From Chrysemys picta bellii (lineage: Eukaryota), in assembly GCF_011386835.1 (NCBI RefSeq), contig NC_088813.1, forward strand, positions 10,726,001 through 10,790,000: 64,000 bases of DNA, written 5' to 3'. Of this stretch, positions 47,159 to 57,280 are shown piece by piece. Numbering within the stretch: position 1 is the first letter of the stretch; the number at the start of each line of letters is the position of its first letter. The notes beneath the pieces were generated by a model. The model was not told where the DNA came from. It ran no database searches and saw only the letters and a list, made by a program, of their open reading frames with translations. The position numbers and the translations under genes are program-made.

Positions 47159-48247
47159 GCCCAGCTCTGCTCCCCAGCTGGGACTTCCCTGTTCCCGGAA
47201 AGTCTGTCCAGGGGCAGGCCTCCCGGACACACCTGAGCTGAGGCAGCCCCACCAGGTAACTCCCAGCCGGCTCTGGGGTTGGTGCAGCTGCCTGTCGCTC
47301 AGCAGAGAGAGGCCCGCCCCCTCTGGAGGACCCTTGCTCCCCTCCCCACGGGGAATTCCAAACTCTTAGCAACCCAGCTCAGAGCTCTGCCCAGCCTCCA
47401 ACCCCCCCAGTCTCACTGATTCAACAGGCTTACACACCCAGTTCCCCCAGGCTGTCTCCTGACTCTCTTAAAGGCACAGACCCACAGTAGGTTGTTTACC
47501 TCGGCCCTGGCCACTGAGGGAGTGTTCCCTAGTGGGCAGAGGGCAGGACTGGGTGCTAGGAGCGCCAAGTGCCATCAGATTCCGCATCTGATCATGGACG
47601 AGTCACTAACACAACACCTGCTATCTCGGCTGACATGCCCGGCACGGAAAGGAGGACTTGCAGAGCTAAAAGCAGGAGCGGCTACAATTTGAACTAAAGA
47701 AGCAAGGTCCCTGAGCAGGGGCTGTCACAGGTATCGTCTGTAGCTCCGGCATCTGTAACACACGCTCACCATTGACATTCCGTGCCTCAGTTTCCCCACC
47801 TGTAAAATGAGAATAAGTACGACTGGCCTACCAGCTCATCGCAGGGGGATCATGAGAGTTTAAGTCTGTAACGTGCTTTGAGATCCTTACATGGAATATG
47901 TTGTAAAAGTACAAAGTATTATTACTAACAGAGTGTGGCTAAACATCGCATCCTCACTCTAAATATTAAAGCAAACACCGTCCTTGCTGACTGCATATCC
48001 GGGAGCGTGTCCGACTGGTTCACGCAGAGGCTGGCAATCAGAAACTCCTGGATTCTATACCCAGCCACTGTCTCAGTGCGTGAGCATGGGCATGTCACTT
48101 AGCCTCAGCTTCCCTCTCTCTAAAATGGATTCACCTTGGTAAATACTTGGAGATCACAGAATCTTAGAAATGTAGGACTGAAAGGGTCCTCGACTGGTCA
48201 TCTTGTCCTATCCCCTGCACTGAAGCAGGACTAAGTATCACCTAGAC

Positions 48248-48519
48248 CAGTGGTTCTTAACCTTTACTGCAGCCTGCACCCCTTTGGTTCTCAAAATATG
48301 TTCTCGCACCCCTTAAACCTAGATATATTTTTGTTTGTATATTACAGTAATCGTTAAAAAATGTATAATGTTAATAAATACATAGGTTTGATTAAACAAA
48401 GTAGTTGTACTTACGTGCCTGTGCTAAATTGGTGTTTTCGATGATTTACCTTCTAAAAAAATCTGGCCTGTCTTGCACCCCCAGAAAGGGCATCTCGCAC
48501 CCCAGGCGAAGAACCCCTG
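48248..48519. mobile_element. hAT-type MITE inside CR1
   Basis: TIR CAGTGGTTCTT / AAGAACCCCTG; perfect TSD acctagac. Confidence 0.92.
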
Positions 48520-48552
48520 ACCTAGACCATCCCTGACAAGTGTTGTCTAACC

Positions 48553-49024
48553 CAGCGATACTCAGACTGAAGCTCACAAGCTGCAAGTGGCTCTTTAATG
48601 TGTCTCCTGCGGCTCTTTGCAGCACATGATATTAAAACACCGTGTGATTGAATTATTAACCAATCTAAGTTCTTAACCAATCAGAATGCTTTTACTATGT
48701 TATTAACCAATTGTAGGTGATAAAATAATAATACTGGGTCTGTCATTTTGCTGTGAGAATCATATATATATATATTATTATATATCTACCCCGATATAAT
48801 GCGACCCGATATAACATGAATTCAGATATAACGCGGAAAAGCAGCGCTCCAGGAGGGCAGGGGTTCGCGCTCCGGCGCATCAAAGCAAGTTCGATATAAC
48901 GCGGTTTCACCTATAACGCGGTAAGATTTTTTGGCTCCCGAGGACAGTGTTCTATCGGGGTAGAGGTGTAGTAAATGAAACAATGAATTCACACTACTGT
49001 GACTCTGAGGTCTGATTATCACTG
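48553..49024. mobile_element. hAT-type MITE inside CR1, itself carrying an insertion
   Basis: TIR CAGCGATACTCAGAC / GTCTGATTATCACTG; perfect TSD gtctaacc. Confidence 0.9.
48781..48970. mobile_element. Tc1/mariner (Tigger/pogo-like) MITE
   Basis: Inverted ends TCTACCCCGATA / TATCGGGGTAGA, TA-bounded, internal gatataacgcg repeats. Confidence 0.8.
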
Positions 49025-49761
49025 GTCTAACCTGTTCTTAAAAACCTCCAGTGACGGAGATTCCACAACCTCCCTAGCTAATTTGTGCCAGTGCTTAACT
49101 ACCCTGTCAGTAAAGAAGTTTTTCCTACTGTCCAACCTAAACCTCCCTTGCTGTAATTCAAGCCCATTTTTTCTTGGCCTGTCCTCAGTAGATAAGGAGA
49201 AAAATTCATCACCCTCCTCTTTATAACAATCTTTTACATACAGGGTGACTGTTATGTCCTCCCTCAGTCTTCTCTTCTCCAGACTTTTGTCAATATTTCC
49301 ATGGAGATCATGTTTTCTAGACCTTTCGTCATTTTTGTTGCTCTCCTCTGCACTTTCTCCAATTTGTGGAGGGCGGTGCCCAGACCAGGACACCGTACTC
49401 CAGTTGAGGCCTTATCAGCCTGGAGTAGAGCGGAAGCATTACTTCTCGTATCTTGCTTACAACACTCCTGCTCATACAGCCCGGAATGATGTTTGCTTTT
49501 TTTGCAACAGTGTTACAGTGTTGACTCATATTTAGTCTGTGATCCACTATAACCCCCAGATCCTTTTCTGCAGTACTCCTCCCTAGACAGTCATTTCCCA
49601 GTTTGTATTTGTGCAATTGATTACGCCGTCCCAAGGGGAGTACTTTGCATTTGTCCTTATTGAATTTCTGCCTGTTTATTTCAGACCATTTCTCCAATTT
49701 GTCAAGATCATCAAAACACCTGTCACAAGAGTTAGCAGTGCACATCCCAGATCGTAACAGA

Positions 49762-49980
49762 CAGGGTCAGCTCCAGACACCAGCCCAGCAAGCAGGTACT
49801 TGGGGCGGCCAAGGGAGAGGGGCGGCACATCTGGCTCTTCGGCCGCAATTCGGTGGCGGGTCCCGCAGTCCCTCTTGGAGCGAAGGACCAGCCGCCAAAT
49901 TGCTGCTGAAGAGGCGGCGGTAGAGCTGCCGCCGAAGTGCCGCAGATCGCGATCGCGGCTTTTTTCGTATCTGCTTGGAA
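49762..49980. mobile_element. Truncated hAT-type MITE related to 34360-34603
   Basis: Starts cagggtcagctccagacaccagc; internal aattcggtggcgg / gccgccaaatt inverted motifs; right TIR not found. Confidence 0.65.
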
Positions 49981-50404
49981 AGTGTTTTGCAATCCTAGTG
50001 AAGCATGACAGCGGAGGACAAAGTAAATGTTAAAGCCACACTCCAGCTGAAGCACTGGGAAAGACCTGACTCATTTCTGTGGCCATTGTTTGGTTCTGTG
50101 GAAGCAGCGCCCCCCGGAGTCCAATTCTCCTAATTGCATTGGGAGTTCCAATTGAAATTGGAGTTCCAACATGGAGCCGAGTGGTGACTCTTGGTGTCTA
50201 GCCTCCCCTCTGCAGCACAGGTTTGAAGGACTGACGTGTTTCCTCTTTCCTAGTACCCTGGATGCAGCGCATTCCCCCCCACACCCTCCTCAGCAGTGCA
50301 CGTAGCCGCCACCTTAATCACCCCTCCCCAGATCCTCACTGGGTTCCTTGCTCTACAGTCCCCTCGGAGGCAGGAACTCCGCTGAGGAAAGAGGCCTGAT
50401 CTGA

Positions 50405-50540
50405 GCATAGGACTGGGTGCCAGGAACACTAATCCCTGGTCTGACAATGATTTCCTCTTTGACCTTGGGAAAATCACTCACCCGCTCCATGCCTCAGTTT
50501 CCCCCTCTATAAATAGAGATAATACTTGCCTATTTCCCAG
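50405..50540 (+). mobile_element. MIR/CORE-SINE-like fragment (similar ones near 23950, 33240, 39000, 43350, 47780, 48040, 51420, 52240, 55920)
   Basis: ctttgaccttgggaaaatcactc...gcctcagtttccccctctataaatagagataatac core; boundaries approximate. Confidence 0.65.
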
Positions 50541-53500
50541 GCGTACAGGCTTCTTCCATGTTAGGCCTGGCTGTGCCAGTCAATGACAGTCCCTAGATAA
50601 TGTCCGCAAAATACTCAACTCTGTTCTCCAGCGCCTCCCCCGCCCCCACAGTACAAGAACACCCCTCCCCCGTTTGGTCTTGTCTTGTCAAGCCCTCTCC
50701 CACATGCACACACCCGCCCAGTGAGTTCCCTGCCCCCAGGACTGCCTCACCCCCCACCCACTCACTCTGCTCTTTGCCCTGGCGGTCTGCAGGGGGAAGG
50801 GGGGGAGGGGCGGAAGCTTTTCCCCTTAGCAGCTCCACAGCCCCGTTCAGGGCTCTGCAGGCCAGCCCGGGAGTCCCACAGAGGAAGGTAGAGTTGCCCA
50901 CTTTTTCTGTTCTTTTACCCTTCGGAAAACATTGCTGCTCTGCTGAACGAAGGGGCAGGTCAGCGTGCAAGATGCGCCAACAGAGATGCACCTGACCCTG
51001 CAAAGCCTCTCCCAGGCAAGTCGACCTTCTTCCCCTGAGCAGGCCCCACTGAAGCCAGCTCAGCTCCCCAGAGGTTTTGCAGGATCCGGCTGTTGCAGCC
51101 AGGGCCAGTCACTGACGGGATCCAGGCTGGAAGAGCCACATGACTCCTCTGGGAAGTCATCTACAGACCCCTTGAGCACTCACCCAGCAGTATCTTCCCT
51201 CCTGTGCGGTTGGTGGTGCTGCAGATACTGGTCACCCTGCAGGGCAGAGCGCAGACTGTTTGTAGCATGCACGTGGGGTGAGATCTGCAGGGGGAGGAGG
51301 AGAAGTTTGGTTGTAGTCAGGCGAGGAACGGAGGAGGGGGTGAAATCGCTGTAAATACCCTCTTGTGGTGGGGGTTCCTCATGGGTAGAGGGCATCAGTT
51401 CCCCAGAACAGAAGGATGGTCTTATAGGTTAGGCCCTGGGCTGGGATTCCGGTTCCCAGCTCTGCCACAGACTCCCCTGCATGACCTTGTCACCTCATCC
51501 CTCCATGTCTCGGTTCCCCACCTGTCAAATGGGGCTCACACTTTCTTCTGCCCTTTGTCTATTTCAATGGCAAGCTCTTCGGAGCAGGACTGTCTCTTCC
51601 TCCAGGTCGTAGCACAAACAAGCCCTGATCTTGGCCGAGGCTGTTAGGCTCCACTAATACAAACCATGGCAAAGGGAGCCCATTTCACAGATGCTCTAGA
51701 ACTGCGGCTCTTAGTCCCTTAGGGCCAGATCTTTACGCACCTAAATACCTTTAACAATCTAGCTCCCTAGGAACTAGCCCTGGGACGGAAAACCCCGACA
51801 TCCCATCCGTACAGGGCATCACACCCTAGGAGCCTCCTGAGGACATGCCGACAGGCGATTTGCTTTCAGCCGCTTTAGCTGACACATTCCTTGCCTTGTT
51901 ATGGGGAGACACCCGAATTGCTCGCCATTCTGACTCCAGCAAGGAGCTTTACCCCACCCACTCCACTGCAGGCTGGAGCCCTGTCTGACAACTGGCCTAG
52001 AACAATTGTTCTGAGCTCAGGTTTTGCATCCGTAGGTGCTTTATTCTGCTTTTGTAAATACAAAGGGAGGATCAGGCAGGGATAGAAGGGGCTGGGCGTC
52101 TGGCTGATTGTCCAGCTCCACACTCCAGTATCTGCAGGGGCGTTTTCCAAACCTTTCTAATCAGAGAGGAGGCTTTGGCTTTATTCTTTAGGTTTCTCTT
52201 CAGCGTAGCAGCAGCTAAAGCGTTAGCCTGGGACTCCAGAGAGGTGAGTTCTATGCCGAGTTCTGCTGCTGGGTGAGTTTGGGCATCTTTCTGTGCCTCA
52301 ATTTCCCCATCTGTAAAATGGGGCTAATTACACTGGCCTCCTTTGATGAGAAGTTCCCCTCAAGTGAAGGTAATGCTGGTGGAAGGTGCAGTACGGACAG
52401 GGACGGGTCGCTGATATTGCCTATGCTTGATTGCACTTAAACCTTATATCAGCATAGCTCTGTCAGCCAGGGGGAGTAAAACCCATACTCCTGACCAACG
52501 TAGCTAAAAACCCCAGTGTAGACGCTGCTGTGTCCATGGAAGAGGGCTTTCGGCGCCACAGCTAAGGGCTTTCGGGGAGGTGGTGTCGTCCCTACACCAG
52601 CAAAAACCTCCTTCTGTCAGTGCAAGCTGAGTCTATGCTTTGCTAGGGGGCTATGCCGGCAGACATAGCCTATACAGAGCATGGGCACCAGCTTCTCCCA
52701 CCCTGCCCTCTGGAGTGCCCTGGGCCTGCTCAGGAGCGCCCCCTCAGGCGGTGAGAGGGGAGTTCAGTCAGTCCTTGGCCTTTCTGCTGCCCGGACCCAC
52801 GGGGAGCCTCTAGCGCCAGGGGTGGTTGTGATTTTTGTGACGCAAACACCTGCAGAGCGCTCTCTGCGAGGAAGGCTCACGGCACTACCATGTGTGCTCT
52901 GCAGATCGAGTGACTCGCCCACGGTCACACAGGAAGTCTGTGTCTGAGCTGGGAAGTAGGCGGGGCCCCGTCTGGTGTCCAGTCCATTAGACCACACTTC
53001 CTTCCACCCACCCCGGCTCCTACTGTCCTCCTCACCCTTGCCCAGAGCCCTTGGAGCTGTTTGATGGTCTCTCCTTCACGCCCCATGTTCTTTCAATGCT
53101 GGGATGCTGACTGCTCCTCTCTCGGAAGCCATCCCCCCATTGGAAGGACGCAGCTGTCATGGGATGGACGAGGAATTCAGTCTTCAGCTGCTTCCCTCTT
53201 CGCTGACAAAGGGGAATTCATTCTTGATGCTCATCCAGTTCTGGACACGCACCTCCCCCAACACATCACCAATGAGCTCTCACCTTGACCTGGAGGCTCC
53301 ATCCTCTCCTGGGCTGGAGGGGAAGATGCTCTCTCCACCTTCCTTCAATCCGGGGCTTCCATACACAGCTCCTCCTGCCCTGCAGCAATTGTCTGCCCCT
53401 CTTCCCCAGGGAGCGAGGCCGGATTATCAGCATCTGCCACTGTGCTTCTGGATTTCCCAGGCGGGCTCAGATTAAGGCTGCTGCTGTCATGAATTTGACC

Positions 53501-54071
53501 CCAGTCTAGTGCTGGGATTGTTTTCATGAGATAATCTCCAGCTGTCTAAACTGATTGGGAATGCAGCAGGGGGTTGGGGCGGGGCGGAAAGCGAGTTTCA
53601 GCTTTGGTGGCGTGATCAGAAAGTTTCCATGCACTGAGGCTTGGACAGGCATATCCCACCCCAATGGCTCACCATAAGGTTCAGACTTCATGCCAGATCC
53701 CTGTCCCCAGGTCCCAGCCCAGTGCTTTAACCACAGCACCAGTCCATCCTGCGTCTCACACCTGCCTTACCCACAAGGCAGCTGGATCCCAGCCAGGCGA
53801 GGGCGCCCCCTGTTGGTACGTGTAAGATTTTTCCATCCTCATCTCTCCAGATCCGTAACCTTCAAGCGAAGCCCTCAGCCGTTCTCTTGTGCCCGGCGTG
53901 ATTCTTTGCTTCCCTCCTGCTTGGCGCCGTGGCCCCTCTTTAGCGGGCACTGGAGGAGATTGCAGAATGATATATACAGTATGAAACGCTTTCTTGCCCG
54001 GCAGATGCCTCTCCCTCTCAGCGTCTCTCTCGCACGCGCTCAGCGAAGCAGCGAGCGCTGATCTCTTGTGA

Positions 54072-54206
54072 CAGCTGCTCCCGGGGCTGGCTGTGGTTGG
54101 GATCGTCATCAGGGCGGGTGTGTGTGTGTGTAATATTTAAAAGCTCCACAACACAGCTGCCTGGGAGTCTTGCTGCCTGGCACTCAGGGACTGGAGTCTA
54201 ACACAG
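54072..54206 (+). promoter_or_regulatory. Putative promoter and non-coding exon 1 of the microprotein gene
   Basis: CAGCTG E-boxes 54072-54077 and 54154-54159, GC box near 54111, TATTTAAAAG 54134-54143, consensus donor CAG|GTAAGT at 54207; matching acceptor cttcctcctaCAG before 54704. Confidence 0.6.
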
Positions 54207-54791
54207 GTAAGTGATCAACAATGAGACCCATCCCCATTGCATTGAGAGGAAATTGTTTCTATTGGGGGAAGGACAGGCTGGGGTCCAGGAACCGGTTCAG
54301 AGCAAAGGGGAATTTAGATAGGGATTCCCCTCACAAAATGGGGTGGGGGGAAACACATGCTCCTCTCACCCCCAGCCTGGGAAAAAGCCATTAGCTGTCG
54401 CTTGGGGTATAAGTGCCAGTGCTGGGGACTGGGAAGGCGCATCTAAGGGGAAACACTAATGACGTGGTTCTAATCTGGGCCTAACGATGGAGCGCTCAGC
54501 CACTGGGCTGGGGGGGGGGTGCATTTTGGAAACACTGGTTTGGAGCAGGCTGGGGGAGTGAGGGGGGCAGGCTGTTTCCCAGTGATTTCCGTGGGCCAAA
54601 GAACACGTCTTTACGGCTGTTCATCTGGATGGAGACTGCTCTCTGCTACCCGGTTCCTGAACACCCTCCCTGATCTTCAGCTCTGCCCATCTTCCTCCTA
54701 CAGCCGGAGGCAGTCAAGGCAACTCTGTGAAGTTGCCTGACTACAAGCAGAAGGCAGCACCTGACATCCACCCCTCCTCCTCCTGGGAGCT

Positions 54792-54842
54792 ATGATCATC
54801 CGCCTCAGGCACTTAACCCCGGGGTACTTCCGCTTGCTCCAG
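54792..54842 (+). CDS. ZNF593OS: ZNF593OS coding exon 1
   Basis: MIIRLRHLTPGYFRLLQ then GT; first ATG of the inferred mRNA. Confidence 0.87.
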
Positions 54843-57280
54843 GTAACACCCACCTCCCATTCAGTAGGGCTGTTGGTTTGCTTGGATGCTCCAGCCAGTC
54901 CATGAGCCTTTATCGATGCCTCTGTTCCCCCTCTTCCTCACTGATCTTCCTGGGATGCAGTTCCAGGGCCTGAACCCTCTCTTGTCCAGTGACCAGAGCA
55001 ATCCCGGGGCCTGGGGCGCTTTGGATTGGAGCTCTGATAGGGTTGATCCCTTTGCTTCTCTCCTCCTGCCTGTCTTGGTGTTTTAGACACGAAGCCAAGA
55101 GTTAGTTCTCATCGAGTGCACCAGTCCTCCCTGGCCTGTCCAGGATCAGTATCTGGCATCCCCGGAGCCTCTTCTGGGGGAGAGGGAGGGCAGTCAATTG
55201 CCACACAGCAGTTAGGAGAGGGGAAATTTTAATCAAGAATGTTGGAGCAACTCCCCGCTCTTCTGAACAGAGCCTGGGGCATGTTCATGTCCACACGGAA
55301 TAGCCAGGACTTGACGGGCCCACACCCACTAAACTGCCTCCAACTCCTCTGAGTGAGGAGTTGAGCCTGCTGTGATTTGTGCCTGTGGGTCTGGGGCACA
55401 TCTCAGCCCTGCTGTTTAGGCTGCTAAACCACCCCCGGCCCCCAGCTTATAGCTCTGTGAACAACAGTACTTACAGGTACGGGGCTCGCAGCTTTGCCTC
55501 AATCACCCAGACTCAGTGGCAATCGCTGCCCAGCTCCGGCAGATCGAAATGTGAGATGCTAATACCTCCCCCGACCCTGCCCCATCAGTTCATCCTGAGC
55601 CAGGTCTGGCAACAGCCTGTCCACGCTGGCTCCATGTGTGCCAGGCATGCTCTGTGCCGCCTGAGCAGTGATGCCCTACATAGGGCACTTTGCGTAGACA
55701 CCGGTGAGCGGAGAGCGAATGTCCCTGCACCACTGATCATGCAGCATCACACAGGAGAGGGAATTGCTCTCTGCTGTCCATACCAGTGGCTGGGATAAGG
55801 CCAGTTTGCCGATTCCTCCTTCAGTCCGTCCCAAGCACGCAGCCGAATGCAGCCAGGCAGGCACCGTCACTGTCTTGCCCTGGTGAGTCGCTGCTCCAGC
55901 AAGAGAAGACAACTCAGAGCAGCTCAAGAAGTGTGGGCTAGTGGTTAGAGCAGGGGACTGGGAGTCAGCATTCCCGGGCTCCATCCCCCACAGGGGCATC
56001 ATCGGCGGCGCTGAGCTCTAACTGCACCTGCTGTCCGGGGGTATATTGTGTATGATGGCAAGTTCTGCCTTGGGAGGCTGTGAGCATGCGTGGGGAGGGA
56101 AGTGGCAATCACCCACCAGGTGTATGCAGGTTTCAGATCACTAGCTTCAGGCTAGGAGCGCCGCTGCTTTGCTCACAGGGGCGTTTGCCTAAATGGCTCC
56201 ATGTAAGGAGCGGTGCTGAGCATTTCAGCTGGTAAAGTGCAGGGTGACGCCTGCCCCACAGGGCATTATTATGGCTTCTCTGCCAGTACCTGCAGAGCAG
56301 CTGGTTATCGTTCCCGTCATCCCCCCTTTGAAAGGGACAGAACCACTCCCGTGAAAACTGTTATAGACTTTGTCTGTCTGTTCTCCTCCCCCTTGCCACT
56401 GACGACACTGCACCACAGAAAGTGTCTCTTTTGGAAAAGCTGGTTGTCAAAATGGGCAGGTTGCGTTTCAGACCCAGACTCTGTTCTCGGGGCCACAGGG
56501 GCCTGGATTCCCCATCCCAAATGAGAACACAGCTGAGAAACAGACCCTCCCACTAGAGCATAAGAGAAACCCTGATCAGCGGTTAATCTGAGGCACAGTC
56601 ACTAATGAGGGCTGAGAGAATGGTTCTGCACAGAAGGGCAGCGATGCCTAGATATGTTCAGCAACAGGGTTCACTCCGCTAGAGCACAGAGTTGAAGAAT
56701 TTACAGCCAGCCTCTTGGTCAGAAGTGACAGCACCGGCCGCTCGCACACTAAATCCAGTCATTCAGGGAGCCAGGCATGGAGAATGCTTTCTAAGATTTC
56801 CTGGGGTGGCTTTGAATGGACATAACTGGGTATCAGCCAGGAGTCAGCTGGTGTTCCCTGCTGTCTGCATCCCAGGAAAGGTGTCCCCTGGGGCAGGCCC
56901 CTAGCTAAAGGAAAGCATGCACTGCAGATAGAAATGGTTCCAGTTCTAATTGGTGCAGATCACTGAATAGACTCCTGCCATCCACAAGGAATATGGGGTT
57001 ACTTCAAGTTCACAACCCACAAGGGTTGATGGGAGACCGGCTTCCCTTGTCCTTCAAGCATTGAGACGATCAAGTTCCTCTCCCCTCAGTCTGCCTCGCC
57101 TGTTCTAAAAAGCTGCCTTTTCTCCTCTCATAGATGCAGCTGGCCGGGGGGCTGGAGTCCGAACCTAAAGACCGTCTGGTGAATCACTTGGCTCTAGTCC
57201 TGGCTATCATGGGGCTAAGTCTGTCCTACTACAGCGTCCGCCAAATGACCGAGCCGGTTAAAACCCCACCAGAACAGTGA
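54792..57280 (+). CDS. ZNF593OS: 65-aa single-pass transmembrane microprotein, ZNF593OS ortholog
   Basis: join(54792..54842,57134..57280): MIIRLRHLTPGYFRLLQ | MQLAGGLESEPKDRLVNHLALVLAIMGLSLSYYSVRQMTEPVKTPPEQ*. Donor CAG|GTAAC, acceptor ttctcctctcatAG, phase 0. Aligns with the recalled human sequence [26 protein letters not shown]...VLAVLGL; sits opposite ZNF593 as in human. Confidence 0.87.
57134..57280 (+). CDS. ZNF593OS: ZNF593OS coding exon 2 (TM helix)
   Basis: Follows a long polypyrimidine tract and AG; hydrophobic LVNHLALVLAIMGLSLSYYSV; TGA at 57278-57280. Confidence 0.87.
   Translation: MQLAGGLESEPKDRLVNHLALVLAIMGLSLSYYSVRQMTEPVKTPPEQ

Larger units (their letters stand above)
48153..49712 (-). 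mobile_element. CR1 LINE 3' portion (ORF2 C-terminus) split by nested insertions
   Basis: ORFs 49329..49745 and 49019..49393 give KFNKDKCKVL.LG...EKDLGVIVD..LNMSQ.C...KKAN...LPLYS.L.RPQLEY and GRFRLD.RK.FFT.RVVKHW, typical of CR1 ORF2; tail at 48153. Confidence 0.93.

Noticed and set aside
50766-51236. Three minus-strand segments bounded by AG/GT (51236-51184, 50997-50919, 50786-50766) that could be upstream CNKSR1 or lncRNA exons
   Set aside because: No recognisable peptide, one weak acceptor, and CNKSR1 exon 1 already has a proximal GC box; cannot be separated from chance without RNA-seq.
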